Assembly (NCBI GenBank): GCA_001761425.1
Contig: CP012986.1
Coordinates: 540,001 to 572,000, forward strand
Origin: Candidatus Saccharimonadota bacterium
GTDB taxonomy: Archaea > Nanohalarchaeota > Nanosalinia > Nanosalinales > Nanosalinaceae
Length of the DNA: 32,000 nt
Direction of reading: 5' to 3'
Part shown: positions 1-8,759 of the stretch, one piece after another
How positions within the stretch are numbered: position 1 is the first letter of the stretch
Layout of the letters: each line of letters starts with the position of its first letter
Notes under the pieces: model-generated
The model's database searches: none
The model's input: the letters and a program-made list of their open reading frames with translations, nothing else
Told to the model about the DNA's origin: nothing
Made by a program: the position numbers and the translations under genes

Positions 1-1044
1 AAGGGCCTCTTCCTCAAAAATCTCTTTTTCATGGCCTTTTGGACATTGGTAAGTAGCTTCAAACATGTCAACGTTTTCAGAGATCAAAAGCGTGTCAACA
101 GCTCCCATCTTCAAGGCCTTGTATACTGGTTCGACTCCGTATTCGCTTTTGCCGTTTTCCTCCTTCAGGTTTGTGAAGAATTCGTTGACAAGATTTTTTT
201 CATGGACTACCTGAGAGTCCTCGATAGCGTCTTCAGCTTTTGAAACAAGTTCCTCCAAGGCCTCTTCACCTGAGTAGTTCAGTGATTCTATGTCTACGAT
301 CTCGTCTTCCAGTTCCTGGTGGATGTAGCCATCGTCGACAAGTTTGTCTTTTACGAATCCTGGGCCTCCGATAATGATTCCCAGAAGCTCTCCGTCTCTT
401 GCTTTGTCCATGAAAGCGCTTTTTGCTTTCTCAGCGATTTCCTGGAGGAAAGTTTTCAGCATCTGTTTTCTTAAACGTGCGAATCGCTGAGCTGACTGTC
501 CTCCAGCCCTTGTCTTACCGGGAACGTTTGATTCAAGCGTAAACGCGGTCTTGACGCTGTTCCCCCGAAGATAGCCGATCGCAGCACTGTTTTTGTCTGT
601 CACGATCAATCCGTAGACTCTGTCGTCTACGACCATCTGCCTGAGAGGGTCCAGAACAAATTCTTTGTCACATCTGTAGTGACGGGATTCGATAGTCTGG
701 GGAGGCACTACTTCCCATATCTTGATATCAGGCCTTCCCTCGGTATCGGAGACGTTTCCGGCGAAGAAGGCTACACCGTTTTCCGGCGTTTCATGCTCCT
801 CGGAAACTTTCCTGCCTATCTTGCCGAGAGCGTCCTGAACGTTCGTCCTGGTATGTTTGGACTTGATGTTTTCCGCTTCGGACTGTTCGGAAGTAACGAA
901 CTCTGAGATCTTGGACATATCATAACCGGCAGGAATGTACAGGGATACAAGCTCCGTGTTTCTCCCCCGGATATCCTCTAGCTCGTTGATGAGCTTCTTT
1001 AGCTCGTACTTGGACATTTCCTCAGGTTTTTCGTTTTCGCTCAT
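1..1044 (-). CDS. prf1: peptide chain release factor aRF1 (partial; C-terminus lies beyond window start)
   Basis: Own translation of the minus strand from the ATG (complement of 1042-1044) gives MSENEKPEEMSKYELKKLINELEDIRGRNTELVSLYIPAG... It contains the NIKS motif (SEAENIKSKHT) and the GGQ motif (KTRAGGQSAQRFARL). The frame stays open to position 1, so it is absent from the complete-ORF track. Confidence 0.9.
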   Translation of the reverse strand, partial: MSENEKPEEMSKYELKKLINELEDIRGRNTELVSLYIPAGYDMSKISEFVTSEQSEAENIKSKHTRTNVQDALGKIGRKVSEEHETPENGVAFFAGNVSDTEGRPDIKIWEVVPPQTIESRHYRCDKEFVLDPLRQMVVDDRVYGLIVTDKNSAAIGYLRGNSVKTAFTLESNVPGKTRAGGQSAQRFARLRKQMLKTFLQEIAEKAKSAFMDKARDGELLGIIIGGPGFVKDKLVDDGYIHQELEDEIVDIESLNYSGEEALEELVSKAEDAIEDSQVVHEKNLVNEFFTNLKEENGKSEYGVEPVYKALKMGAVDTLLISENVDMFEATYQCPKGHEKEIFEEEAL

Positions 1045-1069
1045 AGAAGAGAAAGGTGAAGAAATTCTT

Positions 1070-1822
1070 TTAATTGTCTCCGGCGAAGGCCTCCTCTATC
1101 TTCTCCTTTGACAGCAGCATGTAATCCTGGTCCGAAGTAAAAAGCTCCAGGCACATTGTACCGTCAAAATTTTCCAGCTTCGAGAAAAAGGCCTGGAAAT
1201 CCACCTGTGCCGAACCGATCGGAAGATGAAGATCTTCGTTCTCACGGGTGTCCTGGGCATGGATATGCGAGATTTTTTCTCCCTCGTTTTCCAGGAAAGT
1301 CTCTGTGATCTCCTGACCTGCCTCGGCAAAACCGTGGCCGGTATCAAAGCACATTGAGGCCTCCACTTTTTCTATGATCTCGGCCAGGTCAAACATTTCC
1401 AGGGTATCGAATTGGCCGACGTTTTCAAATACCATTTCGATATCTTTTTCCTCGCCAAGGGCCTTCAGCTTCTTTATCTGCTGTTCAAGGATAACCTGTT
1501 GGCGTTTTGATTCTTCATCTCTCATGTTGGGATGTATGACAGCTTTTTCCGTCTCAAGCTCTGCGGAGAACTCCAGAAGCCTTTCGAAGTAACTTATCAA
1601 GGCCTTGTTAAGTTCTTCGACTCCTGTAGCTACTGGCTGGCGGAAAGGAAGATGGACTATAAGGTAGAAGTTTTTCTCGTCCAGGATTTTCCTTAGATTC
1701 TTTTGATCGATGTCTTCAGGTCTTATCTCTTTTTCTCCTATCGCCAGCTCCACGAAGTCGAATTCTTCTGGAACCTCCTTGATTTTCTCTGGTGCTGGGC
1801 CTACGCTTACTCCGTAATCCAT
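1070..1822 (-). CDS. xylose isomerase-like TIM-barrel protein (sugar phosphate isomerase/epimerase or AP-endonuclease-2 family)
   Basis: 250 aa ORF. Metal-ligand-like pattern: HLPF..., AVIHPN, FENV, CFDTGH, ISHIHAQD, then LHLPIGSAQVDF, typical of this fold. It starts 3 nt after the valS stop and ends 25 nt before the aRF1 start, which looks like an operon. Confidence 0.7.
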   Translation of the reverse strand: MDYGVSVGPAPEKIKEVPEEFDFVELAIGEKEIRPEDIDQKNLRKILDEKNFYLIVHLPFRQPVATGVEELNKALISYFERLLEFSAELETEKAVIHPNMRDEESKRQQVILEQQIKKLKALGEEKDIEMVFENVGQFDTLEMFDLAEIIEKVEASMCFDTGHGFAEAGQEITETFLENEGEKISHIHAQDTRENEDLHLPIGSAQVDFQAFFSKLENFDGTMCLELFTSDQDYMLLSKEKIEEAFAGDN

Positions 1823-1825
1823 TTT

Positions 1826-4426
1826 TCAGGCCTCCTGGATGATTACCAGCGTGTTCTCTGTCTCGATCATCTTTCCTTCTCCTGTGTAGGTTCTTTCTTC
1901 TTCGACCTCGAACATTTCAGGCTTGAGATGTTCTCCTGCGACATCCAGATGTCCTGCTTCAATTGTGTACTCGTTGTTCTCCAGAGCTTCCTCGATTTCT
2001 CCGACTTTGTCGCCGTACTTTGGACCTGCTCTGGAGTAGTCCAGACTGATCCTGATGATCTTTTTCTCGGTCTCAGGCTCGCTTTCAAGTTCTTCCAGTT
2101 CTTTGACATGCATGACGTCTTTGACTGCGTCTTCGAGGCCTGAAATCTTTCCGTAGACCTGGATTTTTTCCAGCTCTGAGTTTGGAGACATCTGGTTCTG
2201 GGTCTTGTACTTTCTGATTGCTGAGATGACTTCCATCGCGTTTTCTCCTGCTTCGAGGTCGGCCTCTATCCCTCTTTTTCTCGGCCATTCGCTTCTGTGG
2301 ATACTGGAGCTTTCGTACATGTCGTTCCAGATTTCCTCTGTGGTGTGTGAGAGCATCGGAGCCATCATCTTCAGGTAGGCCTTATGTGTTTCTTTCAATG
2401 TGTACTGTGTGCTCCTGGACTTTTCTTCATCCAGCTTCTGCTTGGCAATCTCCAGGTAGTTGTCGCAGAAAGTATTCCAGAAGCTGTGCCTGAGATGGTC
2501 GCGGGCCTTGGAGAACTCGTAGTTCTCCATTTTCTCAGTAACGTGTTCGATGGTATCTTCCAGCTCTGCGAGCATCCATCTATCGACTTCATCAAGATCT
2601 TTTTCTTCTACGTCGAGCTGGTCAAGCGGTGCCAGGTTCTCGACAAGCTTGGATGCGTTCCAGAGTTTTCTCATCAGCTTCTCTCCTTCTACAAGGTCTT
2701 TATCCTTTAATGCCAGGTCGTCGCCGACACTGACCTGTGCAGCCCAGTAACGGGCAGCATCGACAGGATGCTCCTCCAGAACTTCTTTTGGAGTCGTGAC
2801 GTTTCCCCGTGACTTTGACATTTTCTCCCTGTTTTCATCCAGGACGTGGCCGTTGATCATAACCGAGTCGAAAGGAACATTCCCTGTGTGCTCGTAGCAT
2901 TTGACGACCGTGTGGAACAGCCAGAAACTGATGATGTCATGTCCCTGAGGCCTGAGATTCATAGGGTAGAGCTCTTCACGGTCCATCTCAAATCTTTCTT
3001 CCTCTGGGTTATAGTCCCAGCCAGAGTTGATCAGAGGTGTCAAGGAGCTGGTCGCCCATGTATCAAGGACATCTTCCTCAGGCCTGAACTCTGAGCCTTC
3101 ACACTCCGGGCATTTATCGACCGGACAGTCATCCTGAATAGGCTCGACCGGAAGATCCTTCTTATCAGGTAGTATCTCTTCTCCACATTCCTCGCAGTAC
3201 CAGACAGGTATCGGGATTCCTGAGTCTCTCTGACGTGAGATACACCAGTCCCATTCAAGGCCTTCGATCCAGTGCCTGTAACGGGTGAACATTTTCTCCG
3301 GGTACCAGTCCATCTCTCTACCTGCTTCCAGGTATTTTTCCTTGTGATCCAAGACTTCTATGTACCATTGCTCTGTGACCAGGAACTCGATTGGAGTATC
3401 ACATCTCTCATGTGCCTGAACAGTATGCTGGATCTGACGCCTGTCAAGAAGGAAGCCTTTCTCTTCAAGATCATCGACGATTTCCTCGCGTGCTTCCTCT
3501 GTGGAAAGGCCTCCGTAGCCTTCTGCGACATCTGTCATTGTTCCTGATTCGTCGATAGCGATTTTCAGGTCGAGGTCGTGTTTCTGGTACCATTCAATAT
3601 CGTTTTGGTCTCCGAAGGTACAGCACATGACGACTCCTGTACCTGTCTCCATGTCGACTCTTTCATCTTCGATTACAGGGACTTCACGGTCGAACATAGG
3701 GACTTCGGCTTTTTCACCGACAAGATGCCTGTTTGACTCGTCTTCCGGATGGACGAAGATCGCGACACACGCAGGAAGCAGTTCAGGCCTTGTGGTGGAG
3801 ATGACCAGTGAGCCATGTCCTGTTGCCAGTGGGAATTCGATGTCGTTGAAATGGCCCTGTTTCTCCAGGTCTTCGGATTCGACCTGGCTGATCGCTGTTT
3901 CACATTCAGGACACCAGATTGCGGGGGCCTTTTCCCTGTATTCTCTGCCTTGTTCGTAGAGGTCAATGAATGATAATTGGCTGATCCTCTGGACGCGTGG
4001 TTCTATTGTCTTGTAGGTATTCGACCAGTCCATAGAGAAGGCGAACTCTTGCATCGCCCCGGTGAAATCTTTCTCGTACTCCTGGCAGACTTCACGGACT
4101 TTTTCCTGGAACTCTCTTCGTGAAAAATTCTGGTGGCGGATATCAAGCTCCCGCTCCGTCAATCGCTCGCTTGCAATCCCGTTGTCATCGTAGCCAAACG
4201 GGAAGAAAACGTCTTTACCGTTCATGCGCTGGAAACGCGCCATGAAATCCGTCAAAGTATTGCCGTACGTATGTCCAAAGTGCAGAGAACCTGAGACTGT
4301 AGGAGGCGGAGTATCGATAGAGAAAACCTCTCCATCCTCGCCGTTGTACTCGTAAGTACCGTTTTCAATCCACTTTTCTCTCCACTTCTGCTCAACGTCG
4401 TCCGCGTCGTATTCTCCTTCAGGCAT
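1826..4426 (-). CDS. valS: valine--tRNA ligase (ValRS)
   Basis: 866 aa. Class I HIGH region PPPTVSGSLHFGHTYGN, KMSKS motif (REKMSKSRGN), Zn-knuckle-like CPECETAI / CEECGEE, and a length typical of archaeal ValRS. Confidence 0.93.
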   Translation of the reverse strand: MPEGEYDADDVEQKWREKWIENGTYEYNGEDGEVFSIDTPPPTVSGSLHFGHTYGNTLTDFMARFQRMNGKDVFFPFGYDDNGIASERLTERELDIRHQNFSRREFQEKVREVCQEYEKDFTGAMQEFAFSMDWSNTYKTIEPRVQRISQLSFIDLYEQGREYREKAPAIWCPECETAISQVESEDLEKQGHFNDIEFPLATGHGSLVISTTRPELLPACVAIFVHPEDESNRHLVGEKAEVPMFDREVPVIEDERVDMETGTGVVMCCTFGDQNDIEWYQKHDLDLKIAIDESGTMTDVAEGYGGLSTEEAREEIVDDLEEKGFLLDRRQIQHTVQAHERCDTPIEFLVTEQWYIEVLDHKEKYLEAGREMDWYPEKMFTRYRHWIEGLEWDWCISRQRDSGIPIPVWYCEECGEEILPDKKDLPVEPIQDDCPVDKCPECEGSEFRPEEDVLDTWATSSLTPLINSGWDYNPEEERFEMDREELYPMNLRPQGHDIISFWLFHTVVKCYEHTGNVPFDSVMINGHVLDENREKMSKSRGNVTTPKEVLEEHPVDAARYWAAQVSVGDDLALKDKDLVEGEKLMRKLWNASKLVENLAPLDQLDVEEKDLDEVDRWMLAELEDTIEHVTEKMENYEFSKARDHLRHSFWNTFCDNYLEIAKQKLDEEKSRSTQYTLKETHKAYLKMMAPMLSHTTEEIWNDMYESSSIHRSEWPRKRGIEADLEAGENAMEVISAIRKYKTQNQMSPNSELEKIQVYGKISGLEDAVKDVMHVKELEELESEPETEKKIIRISLDYSRAGPKYGDKVGEIEEALENNEYTIEAGHLDVAGEHLKPEMFEVEEERTYTGEGKMIETENTLVIIQEA

Positions 4427-4654
4427 CTTTTACCGTCCTCTAAGCAAGAAACCAAAACGGATTTTTAAATCTCTTAACCGATTTTGAACAACGAAAAAAC
4501 TGGCCGAAATCAATTCTTCAGAACTCATAGTAGAAAAACCTCCAGAGACAGCACAAGGCCTGACAGAATTACCGAAGCTTCCGAGGCCGTACAAAACGGC
4601 CACCCTTCCGAAGAGAGGCCTTGCTCATCTGTAGACATATTTCAGGCCTCAAAA

Positions 4655-4693
4655 TCTTAAAAACTTTTCGCGAAAAAACCCCCTGAGATTTGA
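4655..4693 (-). terminator. T-run terminator candidate downstream of the MBL-fold gene
   Basis: The minus strand just after the stop codon (4696-4698) reads ...CTCAGGGGGTTTTTTCGCGAAAAGTTTTTAAG. It has two oligo-T runs, the usual archaeal termination signal. Confidence 0.4.
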
Positions 4694-4695
4694 TT

Positions 4696-5475
4696 CTAGG
4701 ATGTGAACCTGGAGAGTTTTTTATCTCCTGGGAACTGCATTCCGTCCTCAGCGAAGATCACTTTTTCGTCGATCTCTTCTTTCAGCCATTTTTTCTCTTC
4801 TTCAAGGCCTTCTTCGAGTATTGCGTAGCCGAAATGCGTTATTATAGCAGTTGAGGCCTCGGTGTTCTCCATTATTTCTGGTATGTCTGAGATTGCTGTG
4901 TGGCCTTTGACTGATTTTCCCCTGGGTCTTGTGCAGTAGATGATTACTGTGTCGCAGTCCTCGTAAAAAGGCAGTAGTTCGTCTGAGTACTCTGTGTCGG
5001 TCCAGAAACCGATTTTCTTCTCCTCCGTCTCCAGGGTGAATCCCTGTGTGTTTGGGTCGCCGTGGAACATTTCCTGGCTCCTGATCTCCAGATCCCTGAA
5101 CCCGTAGCTTCCGCCTTCTTCCAGTGTCTCGACGTCTAGGCAGAGATCTTTGTGGTACTCGGAGATAACTTTCTCTATGTCGCCGTGACCTTCCATAGCT
5201 GTCTTGTTCGCGAATACAGCACCGGGCTGGTTGTAGGCCTCCGTCATCATCTCGATCAAGGCCTCTGCATCGTTCGAATGATCTGGATGTGCATGAGAAA
5301 CTATGACTGCTTCAGTATCTTCCGGTTTCTGTTGATTTGTGTAGACGAGTCCTCCAGGACCTGGGTCGATATGTACTTTGGTTTCCTCTGTTTCTACTGT
5401 TATACCTGCTGTACGTCTTTTCTGTTTGCCGGTTACGTATCTTCCTCCGCCGGTTCCCAGGAATCTGAGCTTCAT
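4696..5475 (-). CDS. MBL-fold metallo-hydrolase
   Basis: 259 aa. Canonical HxHxDH motif (VSHAHPDHSND), N-terminal LRFLGTGGG, and later H/D ligands (MFHGD, ITHFG). Confidence 0.8.
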   Translation of the reverse strand: MKLRFLGTGGGRYVTGKQKRRTAGITVETEETKVHIDPGPGGLVYTNQQKPEDTEAVIVSHAHPDHSNDAEALIEMMTEAYNQPGAVFANKTAMEGHGDIEKVISEYHKDLCLDVETLEEGGSYGFRDLEIRSQEMFHGDPNTQGFTLETEEKKIGFWTDTEYSDELLPFYEDCDTVIIYCTRPRGKSVKGHTAISDIPEIMENTEASTAIITHFGYAILEEGLEEEKKWLKEEIDEKVIFAEDGMQFPGDKKLSRFTS

Positions 5476-5517
5476 ACAGGATTTTGAGGTCTGTAAGCTT
5501 TTTTACTTGGAGGCCTT

Positions 5518-6144
5518 TCAGTACGTGATTTTCGGCATCTCGTGGGTATAGCGGTCGTTTTCCACACAATCAAGTATGAAGTCCGCTACATCGTCTCTGG
5601 AAACCCCTTTCATGCCTGGAGACACATCTCCGGTCCTGTATTCTCCGCGTTCCTCGCCTCCGGTCAGCCTCGGAGCCCTGATGATGGTCCAGTCAAGGCC
5701 TGAATCCCTGACCTTTTCTGTGTGATCTTCTGCATCCTTCAGGATTTCTGGATTTACGAGTTTAAGCAGGAGGCCTATTATCTTCCCTGAAAGAGATGGT
5801 TTCTCGCCTTCCTCTCTTACTCCGGCTCCTACAAGCGTTACGAATCTCTCGACCCCGTGTTTATCCATTGCCTCGATTATGTTTTCTCCTCCGACCGTCA
5901 GGAGATCATCCGACGTGTTCCTGTTCTGCCCCAGAACGCTTACGATAGCGTCCGCGTTCTCGACGCATTCAGATACTTTTTCACCAGTATAGACATCGCC
6001 CTCGAATATTTGAAGGCCTTCACCGCTCGCTTCAAGCCTGGATTTTTCTCTGACGAACGCGTTGACCTCGTTTCCGTTTTCCAGAGCCTTTCTTACAAAA
6101 GGTTCTCCGGTTCTTCCCGAGGCTCCGAAGACAGCTATCCTCAT
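5518..6144 (-). CDS. NAD(P)H-binding atypical SDR (NmrA/flavin-reductase-like) protein
   Basis: 208 aa. N-terminal Rossmann motif MRIAVFGASGRTG and the overall length and layout of the NAD(P)-binding PF13460-type family. Confidence 0.75.
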   Translation of the reverse strand: MRIAVFGASGRTGEPFVRKALENGNEVNAFVREKSRLEASGEGLQIFEGDVYTGEKVSECVENADAIVSVLGQNRNTSDDLLTVGGENIIEAMDKHGVERFVTLVGAGVREEGEKPSLSGKIIGLLLKLVNPEILKDAEDHTEKVRDSGLDWTIIRAPRLTGGEERGEYRTGDVSPGMKGVSRDDVADFILDCVENDRYTHEMPKITY

Positions 6145-6226
6145 ACCCGGTTTTAGGCCTTGAAATGATTTATCTCTTTCCCTGTGGAGGACAGGTTTTT
6201 ATCCAGAGGCGGAGAAAAAAGACTTT

Positions 6227-7378
6227 ATGACCCAGGAATGGTTCCAGAACTCGGTAATCTATCAGATAATGATTGACAGGTTCGCAGGAGTTGAGGAACC
6301 AGGAAACTGGCATAACCCTGAGTACATAGGTGGAGACCTCCAGGGAATAAAGGAGAGGCTGGACTACCTTGAAGGCCTTGGAGTGGATGTGATCTGGATC
6401 TCACCTTTCTACGAGGGAGAAGCGTACCACGGCTACCATATAACTGATATGTACTCTGTCGACGCCGAGTTCGGGACGGAGCAAGATTTGAAGGAGTTGA
6501 TAGACGAGGTCCATGAACGTGATATGAAGATTATCGCTGATTTCGTCCCTAACCATGTCTCAGTTGAACACGAATTCTTCAAGGAGGCCTCCAGTTTTCC
6601 GAACAGCGAGTACCGCGACTGGTTCTACTTCAGAGAATGGCCTGACAGCTACCTCTCTTTCCTGGATTTTGATCAGGACCTGGTGAAGCTGAACCTGGAA
6701 AACAGGGATGCCAGGGCCCATGTGATCGATGCTGCCAAGAAATGGCTTGAACTGGGTCTAGACGGCTACAGACTGGATCACGTAGTAGGGCCTTCACACA
6801 GCTTCTGGAATCATTTCGAGGAAGAGATACACAGCGAGTTTCCTGAAGCAGTTGTTGTAGGCGAGGCCTGGTTCAACGAGATCGGCTTCGAGCACCTGGA
6901 GACATTTAAGATGCCTCGTAAGTACCTGAACGCGGTTACTGGAAGCCAGGAACTGGCACAGAGAAATTATATCGGGGTTCTTGACGGCGTTCTTGATTTC
7001 AAGGCCCGTGAGATAGTTCTTTCAGTCTTTGGAAGCGATCTATTACCTGATTCTCTGGCGGAAAGTTTCCTGAAACTGCATTACAGTCACTACCCGGAAA
7101 ATTTCCTGCTTCCTAACTTTCTTGACAACCATGACACTAACAGAGCGCTATACGAGCTTGGAAACGATAAAGAGAAGCTGAAAAAGGCCTTCTCCCTGAT
7201 TCTGGAACAGGATCAGCCTACTGTTATCTACTACGGTACTGAGGTCGGGATGACACAGCATCAGGGAATGAAAGATTTTGAGAAGCATGGTGATTTACAG
7301 GCCCGAAAGCCGATGCAGTGGGAAAACTTTGACTCTGACCTGATGAAGTTCTTCCAGAACCAGATACAGGAGAACTGA
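6227..7378 (+). CDS. GH13 alpha-amylase-family glycoside hydrolase (cytoplasmic, no signal peptide)
   Basis: 383 aa with the GH13 conserved regions: DFVPNHVS (region I), GYRLDHV (II, nucleophile Asp), VVGEAW (III, acid/base Glu) and FLDNHDTNR (IV). It also has QIMIDRF...GGDLQGI..LDYL..LGV..IWISP. A TATA-like GTTTTTATCC lies about 25 nt upstream of the ATG. Confidence 0.88.
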   Translation: MTQEWFQNSVIYQIMIDRFAGVEEPGNWHNPEYIGGDLQGIKERLDYLEGLGVDVIWISPFYEGEAYHGYHITDMYSVDAEFGTEQDLKELIDEVHERDMKIIADFVPNHVSVEHEFFKEASSFPNSEYRDWFYFREWPDSYLSFLDFDQDLVKLNLENRDARAHVIDAAKKWLELGLDGYRLDHVVGPSHSFWNHFEEEIHSEFPEAVVVGEAWFNEIGFEHLETFKMPRKYLNAVTGSQELAQRNYIGVLDGVLDFKAREIVLSVFGSDLLPDSLAESFLKLHYSHYPENFLLPNFLDNHDTNRALYELGNDKEKLKKAFSLILEQDQPTVIYYGTEVGMTQHQGMKDFEKHGDLQARKPMQWENFDSDLMKFFQNQIQEN

Positions 7379-7394
7379 AACCCTTCCCTGTTTC

Positions 7395-7586
7395 GTGACC
7401 TGGATCAAACAACAGTCTCCAAAAGATTTAAATATGTCACTACCGTATGATAACATTATGATAGCAATGACTCAAAACGAGTACAGTTCGATCACAGATG
7501 AAGGCCTTGATGAGCTGAAATCGGAGATTCCACGGGGTAAAGTGGAGTTTAAAAAGATATCAATTAGTACGGGTGATAGAAGATGA
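7395..7586 (+). CDS. small hypothetical protein (start uncertain; ATG at 7434 is an alternative)
   Basis: 63-codon ORF from a GTG 17 nt after the amylase stop. It overlaps the next ORF by ATGA (7583-7586). No recognisable domain. Confidence 0.35.
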   Translation: MTWIKQQSPKDLNMSLPYDNIMIAMTQNEYSSITDEGLDELKSEIPRGKVEFKKISISTGDRR

Positions 7587-7921
7587 CTGAGATGAGTTAT
7601 GAGACCTTGGAGAGTCCTGAGTACCTGAGTGATATTGCGGATGATGAGCAGATGGATGAGTTTGAGGAGGATGTACTTGTTTCGGCAGGTTTCAAGTCCC
7701 AGGGCGGTGAGTGGAAGGAGGCTTACCTTCAGTCCGATCCTGATGAAGAGTTCCTTACTTATGAGGTGGATGACTTTGGTAACTGTTACAGCGGTGAGAC
7801 TGTTGAGGTTCACAGGTCCAAAGTTGTGGACAGTGCCGATGTCGACAAGGCCTTGCAGGAATTTGATCCTGAGTACTCTCCGGCAGTTCAGGGCAACGAA
7901 GAACTTGATGACCTGTTTTAA
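7583..7921 (+). CDS. acidic hypothetical protein
   Basis: 112 aa, strongly D/E-rich like the rest of the proteome. ATGA overlap with the upstream ORF. No recognisable motif. Confidence 0.55.
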   Translation: MTEMSYETLESPEYLSDIADDEQMDEFEEDVLVSAGFKSQGGEWKEAYLQSDPDEEFLTYEVDDFGNCYSGETVEVHRSKVVDSADVDKALQEFDPEYSPAVQGNEELDDLF

Positions 7922-7946
7922 TATTTTATCTCTCTTCTTATTTTCT

Positions 7947-8291
7947 GTGAACTCCGAGGAAATCTCTGTTACAGTGACCAGTGAGGAGTACGGTTTTGAT
8001 GAAGAGGATCTGATCTTCAGCTATACGGAGAAAGATTCCGGGGATCGAAAAGTTGAAAGGTACCAGCTTAAAGACGAATTTGGCATGGTTCTATCCGGGG
8101 AGAAAGTCTGGAGAACAGAGGAGAAAAAGTTCCTCGGCCTCTGGACTTTTACAGAAGAGGTCTATGAGGAAGATGTCCAGAAGAGAGTAACCTATGACAG
8201 CAGTAGACAGTCTGTGATAACGGAAGAGGCCTCATGGAACGAATTTCAAAAACTCCTCCAGGACACTGATGCGTACAAATACATCTTCTGA
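7947..8291 (+). CDS. acidic hypothetical protein (GTG start inferred)
   Basis: This is the 3' part of track ORF 7629..8291. The 5' part overlaps 7583..7921 out of frame. The first in-frame start after 7921 is the GTG at 7947, giving about 114 aa (NSEEISVTVTSEEYGFDEEDLIF...). Confidence 0.5.
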   Translation: MNSEEISVTVTSEEYGFDEEDLIFSYTEKDSGDRKVERYQLKDEFGMVLSGEKVWRTEEKKFLGLWTFTEEVYEEDVQKRVTYDSSRQSVITEEASWNEFQKLLQDTDAYKYIF

Positions 8292-8337
8292 ACTGCTCCA
8301 GTAAGAAATTTGAACCTTGACATCTAATAATTAAACT

Positions 8338-8685
8338 GTGAGAGGAGAACTCCACAAAGTATATCACGGCGAATACTCCACGGCCAGAGGCCTCTTCTTC
8401 GACGGCACGGAGGCCTATATCGTGGAAGTCTATGAGGGCGGGAACACAGACGAACTAGGTGTAAAACTCTACACTGAAGACGAGGAAATGGCAGATATAG
8501 CAGTCAACCAGCCCAGCATACACGGCACAGGAATAAATGAAAGCTTATCTATCCTTGATAGAAAAGCTGAACTACCTGAAACAGATTTAGAGATAGAGGC
8601 CTTCGCCCGGTATATTTTACAGGGAGAAACAGAGAAAGGCCTGGAATACACAGGTCCTAGAGATCTGGATGATATAGAGTACTGA
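8338..8685 (+). CDS. acidic hypothetical protein
   Basis: 115 aa ORF with a GTG start. Proteome-like composition and no recognisable motif. Confidence 0.5.
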   Translation: MRGELHKVYHGEYSTARGLFFDGTEAYIVEVYEGGNTDELGVKLYTEDEEMADIAVNQPSIHGTGINESLSILDRKAELPETDLEIEAFARYILQGETEKGLEYTGPRDLDDIEY

Positions 8686-8717
8686 AAAAGTCTTCCTGAA
8701 TCAACTCCACACACAGC

Positions 8718-8759
8718 ACCAAAACATTTTTATGTTGTGATGGGTAAGTAACAACTATG
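8718..8759 (+). promoter_or_regulatory. conserved 42-nt upstream element, copy 1 (TATA-like box plus GTAAGTAACAA block ending at the ATG)
   Basis: ACCAAAACATTTTTATGTTGTGATGGGTAAGTAACAACTATG matches 9497-9538 at 35 of 42 positions without gaps. The TATA-like TTTTTAT is centred about 27 nt upstream of the ATG, which implies a leaderless transcript. Confidence 0.6.

Noticed and set aside
31-906. Plus-strand track ORFs 31..243 and 679..906.
   Set aside because: They lie antisense inside the strongly supported aRF1 gene (NIKS and GGQ motifs on the minus strand). They have Phe/Leu/Ser/Val-rich composition, typical of the reverse complement of acidic coding sequence.
1096-4455. Numerous 60-146 aa ORFs on both strands within the TIM-barrel and valS genes, for example 1703..2143 (+), 2384..2710 (+), 3627..3959 (+) and 3673..3966 (-).
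   Set aside because: All are nested in or antisense to genes with clear family motifs. Their composition is Ser/Leu/Phe/Arg-rich and unlike the acidic proteome, and they have no motifs.
4427-4695. Tiny minus-strand peptides in the valS upstream spacer, for example MSKASLRKGGRFVRPRKLR from about 4630 and a 32-aa ORF from about 4530.
   Set aside because: They are too short, have no supporting promoter spacing or conservation evidence, and are indistinguishable from chance.
7629-7946. The 5' third of track ORF 7629..8291.
   Set aside because: It overlaps 7583..7921 in another frame and translates to a basic, Arg/Ser/Leu-rich sequence unlike the acidic proteome. Only the part from the GTG at 7947 onward is retained as a gene.
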